DNA from: Thermodesulfobacterium commune DSM 2178
Lineage (GTDB): Bacteria > Desulfobacterota > Thermodesulfobacteria > Thermodesulfobacteriales > Thermodesulfobacteriaceae
Length of the DNA stretch: 32,000 nucleotides
Assembly: GCF_000734015.1 (NCBI RefSeq)
Contig: NZ_CP008796.1
Coordinates: 1,170,001-1,202,000, forward strand
Direction of reading: 5' to 3'
Shown: one piece after another, positions 27,762-32,000 of the stretch
Numbering within the stretch: position 1 is the first letter of the stretch
Layout of the letters: every line of letters starts with the position of its first letter
Program-made: the position numbers and the translations under genes
Notes under the pieces: generated by a model
The model's input: only the letters and a program-made list of their open reading frames with translations
Database searches by the model: none
What the model was told of the DNA's origin: nothing

Positions 27762-27790
27762 ATTATACCAGAAAAACTATAAAGTGTAAA
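27762..27790 (-). promoter_or_regulatory. Near-consensus sigma70-type promoter for the MNT-HEPN fusion
   Basis: Minus strand: TTTACA (27790-27785), 17 nt ending in TGG, then TATAAT (27767-27762), about 22 nt upstream of the TTG start. A homologous promoter lies at 31375-31403. Confidence 0.5.
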
Positions 27791-27890
27791 GAACAACTCA
27801 CACCAATAGATACCAGATTAAAGGCCTTGAGAACCTTCTTAAAAGACACAAAAACTACCTTTGTCTTCTTCCCAAATTTAGCGTTTCTAC

Positions 27891-29189
27891 TTAGTTAGCA
27901 AGTTTTCTTAAAAACCAAAAAGATAGTCCGCAAAGTACTATGTGAGCAAAAAAGGTCCCAAGGCAGATACCAATAATACCAAGCTTTAAAACCATAACAA
28001 AATAATACTTTAAAACAATGTTTACTAAAATACCTGCAAGTGCTACAAAGAAAACCTGAGAGAATTCGTTTTTTATCTGAAAGGTTCTAAAGAAAACTGG
28101 CCAGAGAATAACAAAAGGTAGAGAAAGAGCATAAAACCTTGTAGCCATGGCTGTAAGACTTGCGTCTGTTTGAGTGAAAGCTCCATGTCTGAAAAAAAGG
28201 ATTACAAGCATGTCTGAAAAAATAAAGAAAAAAAGAGCAAAAGCACTTCCAAGTAAAATAAGCTTTTTCGTGTAAAACATTAATTTTTCCCATGCACCTC
28301 CTACTTCTGAAAGTGAAGTTATAGCTATATGCTCAAACTTTATAATCCCTCTGGGAACAAAAGCAAGCATTGAACCATAAGTAAGAGCAGATACCCCTTT
28401 CTCCCCAACAACCGAGGCAAAGGCCCTGTCTGCCAGCACAAAAAGGTGAAAAACCCCATATAGAGCAAGAAGCATCAAAAATTGCTTAAACATAACCAAA
28501 ACTCTTCCGTCATAAAAAAACCTAAACCTCAAATGTGTTCTTGCTAAATAAGCAAGGTACAAAGTTGAAAGGGCTTGAGCCAAAGAAAAACTTACTGGTA
28601 TCACCCTAACATCACGCCACAAATAAAGGCCTAACCCAATAAAAAGAAAACTGAAAAAGGAAAATATAAACTCTCCCAAAAAATAAGAAGTAAAAAGCCT
28701 CTGACTTCTAAGTACAGCACCAAAGTGATGAAAAAAGAAAGAACAAAATAAATAAGGAAGTAAAAGGAGGAAAGAGCTTTTAGTGTACTCAAGTGCATAC
28801 TCTTTAAAACCAAAAGGAACTTTAAGAAGAAGAGGCAAGGTAAAAAAGGCTAAAGCCGTAAGACTTATGGCGAGAACACCTGTAAAGGTAAGTAAAAGCC
28901 CTGCAAGGCTTTCAAACTCTTTCATGTCCTTTAGCCTTGCTTGTACAAGGTTGGGAACACCGATTGAGTCAAACACATCAACGAAGATCAAAAAAACACC
29001 AAGTAAAGATAAGGCCATAAAGAAACCATCGGTTTGATAAGAAAACCCGAGAAAAATCGCTATGGCTAAGTTTTTTAAATAACCAAAACCTCTTGCAAGT
29101 ATATTGATAAAAGAACTTCTTAAAACTGCATCAAAAACTCTCTCAGGTTTAAAAAAATCAAAAAGAGTTTTCCAGAAAAGAAGTTTCAT
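27891..29189 (-). CDS. MurJ/MviN-like MOP-superfamily flippase (candidate polysaccharide-unit flippase)
   Basis: About 12 TM segments. The N-terminal pattern SSFINILARGFGYLKNLAIAIFLGFSYQTDGFFMA parallels the MurJ SR-LG-R...G...DAF-A motif. At 432 aa it is shorter than housekeeping MurJ. Confidence 0.6.
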   Translation of the reverse strand: MKLLFWKTLFDFFKPERVFDAVLRSSFINILARGFGYLKNLAIAIFLGFSYQTDGFFMALSLLGVFLIFVDVFDSIGVPNLVQARLKDMKEFESLAGLLLTFTGVLAISLTALAFFTLPLLLKVPFGFKEYALEYTKSSFLLLLPYLFCSFFFHHFGAVLRSQRLFTSYFLGEFIFSFFSFLFIGLGLYLWRDVRVIPVSFSLAQALSTLYLAYLARTHLRFRFFYDGRVLVMFKQFLMLLALYGVFHLFVLADRAFASVVGEKGVSALTYGSMLAFVPRGIIKFEHIAITSLSEVGGAWEKLMFYTKKLILLGSAFALFFFIFSDMLVILFFRHGAFTQTDASLTAMATRFYALSLPFVILWPVFFRTFQIKNEFSQVFFVALAGILVNIVLKYYFVMVLKLGIIGICLGTFFAHIVLCGLSFWFLRKLAN

Positions 29190-29421
29190 GTTTTGTTTTT
29201 AACCTTACCCATAGATTTAATTAAGCACCGTTATAACTATACCAACACTAATCCTCAGTTTCAAGAGATTATCTTTAAATTGTGAACTCAAAGAGTTAAA
29301 GATTTAATAAATCACAAGATTAAGATACAATTAAATATCCGACTACACTATTTTCTTTTTACCAAATAACTTGATAAAACAACCTTCGTTCAAAAACGAG
29401 GACAACCGAGGTAACCAGTAT

Positions 29422-29455
29422 TATTTAATTTCCAGGGCATCAAAGAAATTAAATA
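29422..29455. repeat. Perfect 11-bp AT-rich inverted repeat with a 12-nt spacer
   Basis: TATTTAATTTC (29422-29432), then cagggcatcaaa, then GAAATTAAATA (29445-29455), in the 315-bp non-coding gap upstream of the murJ-like gene. Confidence 0.6.
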
Positions 29456-29505
29456 TTTCTATAAAGAGTAAACAACCCTCTTAACCATGTTTTGAGAACT
29501 CTATT

Positions 29506-29685
29506 TTAAATTTTTCCACTTAATTGTTTCCCCTTTTCTACATTCATCTTTAGCCTTTTCAATCTCTTCTTTTCCTCAGCGGTAAGTAAGGAAACATCAA
29601 CTTCAACCGTTGTCTTCCAGAATATGTCTATTAACACATCTTCAGGTAATGTCTTCAAAAGATTAATGATTGTATATTCCGGCAT
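29506..29685 (-). CDS. 59-aa ORF missing from the ORF track (below the 60-aa cutoff), weakly antitoxin / addiction-module-component-like
   Basis: Hand translation gives MPEYTIINLLKTLPEDVLIDIFWKTTVEVDVSLLTAEEKKRLKRLKMNVEKGKQLSGKI. It starts 14 nt beyond the breakpoint where homology to hepT ends. No Shine-Dalgarno sequence is seen, so expression is uncertain. Confidence 0.3.
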   Translation of the reverse strand: MPEYTIINLLKTLPEDVLIDIFWKTTVEVDVSLLTAEEKKRLKRLKMNVEKGKQLSGKI

Positions 29686-29698
29686 AGAAAATGTCTAA

Positions 29699-29930
29699 TG
29701 TAATCCTCAAAGCTCAGGTCTCCTAATTCCAAAAGGTCTCTTCGGTATTCTTTAAGCTTTTCTAACCTTCTTAGAATACTTTCCTTTCTATAGACCATCC
29801 CTGCTTGCCCTTCTATGCTTTTCAAGGTATATGACGTAATCATAGTAGTCCTTCCAGCTAAAATCTTTAGTGGTGTAAATGGCTAAAACAAGATCGGAAT
29901 CTTTAATACTTTTGCCTTTGGTTAAAGAAC
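29699..29930 (-). pseudogene. Copy 2 of mntA (3' part, with an internal deletion of about 60 codons) plus the first ~33 codons of hepT
   Basis: Reads ...TKGKSIKDSDLVLAIYTTKDFSWKD|YYDYVIYLEKHRRASRDGL* with the stop at 29788-29790. The overlapping hepT ATG at 29798 gives MVYRKESILRRLEKLKEYRRDLLELGDLSFEDY. Homology to copy 1 ends near 29699. Confidence 0.75.
29923..29930. repeat. Target-site duplication, left copy (TAAAGAAC)
   Basis: An identical 8-mer lies at 31270-31277, and the two directly flank the IS. Confidence 0.8.
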
Positions 29931-31269
29931 GGGAGTAGAATATAAATTGTGTCTTTTAATAAAATATTTTAGAGGCATAATAAAAATTTTTAATATTTTT
30001 TAAATTAATGATAACATAAAACCTAAAAGACTAAACTAACCAGGAGGTCTGTAAAATGGAAAACTTAGACTTAGATTTAGAAAAAGTTTTAAGTGAAATC
30101 TCAAAAATTGAATCAAAAGAGGGTATCAAAATGGCTGCTGCACTCCTCTTAAACGCTCTCATGAAAAAAGAAAGAGAAATATTCCTTAGAGATAGTATTG
30201 ATAATAAAGCTAATGGTTACTATGAAAGACAACTTGCCTGTTTCTTAGGTAACCTTGGTATCTCTGTCCCAAGAGATAGAAAATCTGAATTCAGACCTGC
30301 TATTCTTCCTCCTGAATGGCAAAAAGCTGATGAATCCTTCCAGGACTTTATCCTTAACCTCGTTCTCCAAAGCTACTCCCCCAATAAAATCAAAGCCCTC
30401 TTGCAATCTATGAAACTCCCCTACTCCCCAGAACAAATAGAAGAAATTAAAGAAGAATTGTATAACCAAGCCAAAGAATTAAAAACCAAAGAATTGCCAG
30501 AAAATTTGTTTGCTATGTTTATAGACGCTTATCATACTCAGATAAAAGATACCGAAGCCAACAGAATCAGAAAAGCAGTTATTTATAATATCATCGGGAT
30601 AGATATGGAGGGAAGAAAAAATTTACTTTCTTATTACATTTATTTTGGTTCAGAGACGAAGGAGGACTGGCTCCAGATACTTAATGATTTGATAAAGAGG
30701 GGAGTTAAGAGGGTTATGGTAATAGTGAGTGATGATTTTCCTGGCCTTACTCAAGCCATAAAAGCCCTCTTTCCTGAGACAGATCATCAGCTTTGTTTTG
30801 TACACATGCAAAGGAACATCAACAGGAACATGTCTAAGCAGGATGCTAAAAAATTTTATGAGGAGTTAAGCATTATAAAGAGGATAGAGGAGTATGAGAG
30901 GGCCTTAAATAGATTTGAGGAATTATGTAAGAGTTATGAGAAGAAGTATCCAGCTTATATAAAGGGACTTTTGAAAAAGAAGGAGCATTATTTTGTTTAT
31001 AAGAAATATCCTGAGGGGGTGAGGAGGTATATATACACGACGAATGTGGTTGAGAATATAAATAGCAGGATAGAGCTGATAAGGGTAAATACAGGGGGAT
31101 ATTTTCAATCAATCAAGACAGCAGAGGTTGCGATATACATAACAGTAAGTCGGATTCAGAAAACGAGATGGCAAAAACCACTTCCTTTAATTAAGTCTGC
31201 TTTATACGAATTGAGGCAAATGTTTGTAAAGAGATTTTATAAGGAGACACAATTCTCTTGACAAGTGTC
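29931..31269 (+). mobile_element. IS256-family insertion sequence (1339 bp) inserted in mntA copy 2
   Basis: A single Mutator-type transposase ORF is flanked by the perfect 8-bp direct repeat TAAAGAAC. The imperfect terminal inverted repeats share the core AATTGTGTCT and an inner T-ATAAAAT stretch: left GGGAGTAGAATATAAATTGTGTCTTTTAATAAAAT, and the right reverse complement GACACTTGTCAAGAGAATTGTGTCTCCTTATAAAAT. Deleting the IS and one repeat copy restores ...VFIAYIFGSLTKGKSIKDSDLVLAIY in frame. Confidence 0.85.
30056..31261 (+). CDS. IS256-family (Mutator-type) DDE transposase
   Basis: 401 aa with NGYYERQL and VPRDRKSEFRP N-terminal blocks. SDDFPGLTQAIKALFPETDHQLCFVHMQRN is a near match to the Mutator-family transposase signature. 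TTNVVENINSRIE block and AGGAGG RBS are present. Confidence 0.9.
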   Translation: MENLDLDLEKVLSEISKIESKEGIKMAAALLLNALMKKEREIFLRDSIDNKANGYYERQLACFLGNLGISVPRDRKSEFRPAILPPEWQKADESFQDFILNLVLQSYSPNKIKALLQSMKLPYSPEQIEEIKEELYNQAKELKTKELPENLFAMFIDAYHTQIKDTEANRIRKAVIYNIIGIDMEGRKNLLSYYIYFGSETKEDWLQILNDLIKRGVKRVMVIVSDDFPGLTQAIKALFPETDHQLCFVHMQRNINRNMSKQDAKKFYEELSIIKRIEEYERALNRFEELCKSYEKKYPAYIKGLLKKKEHYFVYKKYPEGVRRYIYTTNVVENINSRIELIRVNTGGYFQSIKTAEVAIYITVSRIQKTRWQKPLPLIKSALYELRQMFVKRFYKETQFS

Positions 31270-31277
31270 TAAAGAAC
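31270..31277. repeat. Target-site duplication, right copy (TAAAGAAC)
   Basis: See 29923-29930. Confidence 0.8.
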
Positions 31278-31356
31278 CAAAAATATAGGCAATAAAAACC
31301 TTAGAATTTTTTATTAGAGTTTCTTCTCATGTGCTTAACGCTAAATCAGGGAGCAT
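31270..31356 (-). pseudogene. Copy 2 of mntA, 5' part (start codon to IS insertion point), with an in-frame TGA at codon 10
   Basis: The ATG at 31356 is preceded by AAGGAG (31363-31368). It reads MLPDLALST*EETLIKNSKVFIAYIFGSL, with the TGA at 31327-31329. The G-S of the nucleotidyltransferase GSx(n)DxD motif lies at the insertion site. Confidence 0.7.
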
Positions 31357-31374
31357 ATTAGACTCCTTTTTCGT

Positions 31375-31403
31375 ATTATATACGAAAGACTGCAAAGAGT
31401 AAA
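31375..31403 (-). promoter_or_regulatory. Promoter of mntA/hepT copy 2 (paralog of 27762-27790)
   Basis: Minus strand: TTTACT (31403-31398), 17 nt, then TATAAT (31380-31375). The surrounding sequence gttctttac-ctttgcagtctttc-gtatataat aligns with copy 1 gttctttacactttatagtttttctggtataat. Confidence 0.45.
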
Positions 31404-31407
31404 GAAC

Positions 31408-31530
31408 TGCTCCTACCAGTGAAGGTTACAGACAGAGCATTTGTTTTTTGTATTTTTGCTGGTTGTGAAGGCTTTTATAGGTTTTGGCGTGAGTTGCTAC
31501 TTCAGTTTGACAAATAGGGCAACTGGGTGA
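31408..31530 (-). pseudogene. Fragment homologous to the first ~43 codons (Zn ribbon) of the 26198-26992 methyltransferase
   Basis: Reads SCPICQTEVATHAKTYKSLHNQQKYKK, then a 1-nt deletion, then KCSVCNLHW*EQ. The full gene reads SCPVCQTAVETHAETYTSPYNRQEYKKYECPICDLHWWEP. The start codon is lost, and TGG has become TAG at 31413-31415. Confidence 0.65.
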
Positions 31531-31595
31531 GATTATCGTTTGCTTAGCCTATCAACTATGACATGGAACTTTTTTACTTGTAATAGTAAACGTAT

Positions 31596-31997
31596 CTAAT
31601 CAAGCAATTCTGCTGGTGTTTTTCGTCCTTTTATCGTGTTATCAAAATCGCTATCAAAACTAACTATAGTAAGTCCATAATACTCAGAAAGAGCGTATTG
31701 ATATGCATCATCAAAATCAAGATTAAATTGTTGTGCATATTTTATAATTCGGTCAAATTCCCTAAATGGGAGAGTTATTAGTGTAGCTATACCTCCAATG
31801 ATAATATCGTCAAAAAACTTTTTAAATATCTCGTGTTGTCTTCTGCGAAACAGTAATATCCCAATGGAATGAAGAGAAAAATCAGAAATAAAAAAATCAT
31901 ACTTATTTGTATTAGATAAAAGTAAAAGAGCCTCTTTAGATTTTTCTTATGATAATAAGATTTCGATAAAAATGTTAGTATCAAGTAAAAGTTTCAC
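31596..31997 (-). pseudogene. vapC: PIN-domain (VapC-like) ribonuclease gene with an in-frame TAA at codon 17
   Basis: Hand translation from the GTG at 31997 gives VKLLLDTNIFIEILLS*EKSKEALLLLSNTNKYDFFISDFSLHSIG...FNLDFDDAYQYALSEYYGLTIVSFDSDFDN...LLD*. The PIN acidic residues are present (DTN, D-A, FDSDF). The stop is at 31947-31949, and 31997-31598 = 399 nt is in frame. The start may lie off-window, and any vapB partner would be beyond 32000. Confidence 0.7.
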
Positions 31998-32000
31998 GAT

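Noticed and set aside
28087-29037. ORFs 28087-28293 (-), 28631-28813 (-) and 28783-29037 (+) within the murJ-like gene
   Set aside because: These are alternative or antisense frames of a long membrane-protein gene with no independent support.
29277-29284. AAATTGTG matching the core of the IS inverted repeat; possible solo IR remnant
   Set aside because: It is only an 8-9 nt match in AT-rich DNA, with no flanking similarity.
29459-29488. MVKRVVYSL* as the start of a degraded RelE/ParE-type toxin following the 59-aa ORF
   Set aside because: Downstream frames gave no convincing RelE/ParE-like blocks by eye. It is kept only as a note inside the finding on 29190-29699.
29931-29945. Concern that the outer ~14 nt of the IS ends match poorly between left and right, so the boundaries might be wrong
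   Set aside because: The perfect 8-bp flanking duplication and the in-frame restoration of the FGS...DSD motif after in-silico excision support these boundaries. IS256-type inverted repeats are known to be imperfect.
30245-31112. Three minus-strand ORFs antisense to the IS256-family transposase
   Set aside because: They are embedded in the transposase gene with no motifs.
31787-31984. 65-aa ORF-track product on the minus strand
   Set aside because: It is a different frame from the PIN-domain reading that spans 31596-31997. Its translation is low-complexity, while the PIN frame has conserved motifs.
1-32000. Searched for CRISPR arrays, tRNA/rRNA genes and tandem repeats
   Set aside because: No regularly spaced direct repeats and no cloverleaf-like or rRNA-like sequences were seen in the intergenic gaps (7829-7900, 9013-9043, 12030-12170, 14290-14325, 15403-15573, 16987-17098, 29190-29505, 31531-31595). 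This was a by-eye scan only.

Overview
This is an AT-rich chromosomal segment from a diderm bacterium. It is probably a thermophile, judging by K/E-rich proteins, futalosine-pathway menaquinone genes, BamD, SecA and an LPS heptosyltransferase; the taxon is inference only. All identifications rest on motif recognition by eye, with no database search. (1) 1-14.3 kb holds housekeeping genes: sbcC (5' end off-window), a mobA-like gene, a REC-HD-GYP regulator, DUF72, orf95-mqnB-mqnD-tolQ-like, trxA, bamD, a zinc-ribbon ORF, secA, truD and waaF. (2) 14.3-29.2 kb, all on the minus strand, is a Wzy-dependent surface-polysaccharide (O-antigen-like) locus. It contains a murJ-like flippase, wecB, four glycosyltransferases, wzy, hddA-hddC, a truncated gmhB, wzz, manC and a wecA-like initiating transferase. 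The stretch 15.4-26.2 kb is much more AT-rich than its flanks and looks like an exchanged cassette with visible junction scars. (3) 26.2-32.0 kb is a decaying accessory patch interleaved with that locus. It holds a Zn-ribbon SAM methyltransferase with two in-frame TAG codons. It also holds two diverged copies of an MntA/HepT (MNT/HEPN) toxin-antitoxin module that share a promoter. Copy 1 has collapsed into one ORF, a catalytically degenerate MNT half fused in frame to an intact-looking HEPN half. Copy 2 keeps the two-gene layout but is split by an intact IS256-family element with a perfect 8-bp target duplication; removing the IS restores the FGS nucleotidyltransferase motif. The patch also has a 5' methyltransferase fragment, a 59-aa antitoxin-like ORF below the ORF-track cutoff, and a PIN/VapC gene with an in-frame TAA. 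No rRNA, tRNA or CRISPR array was seen.
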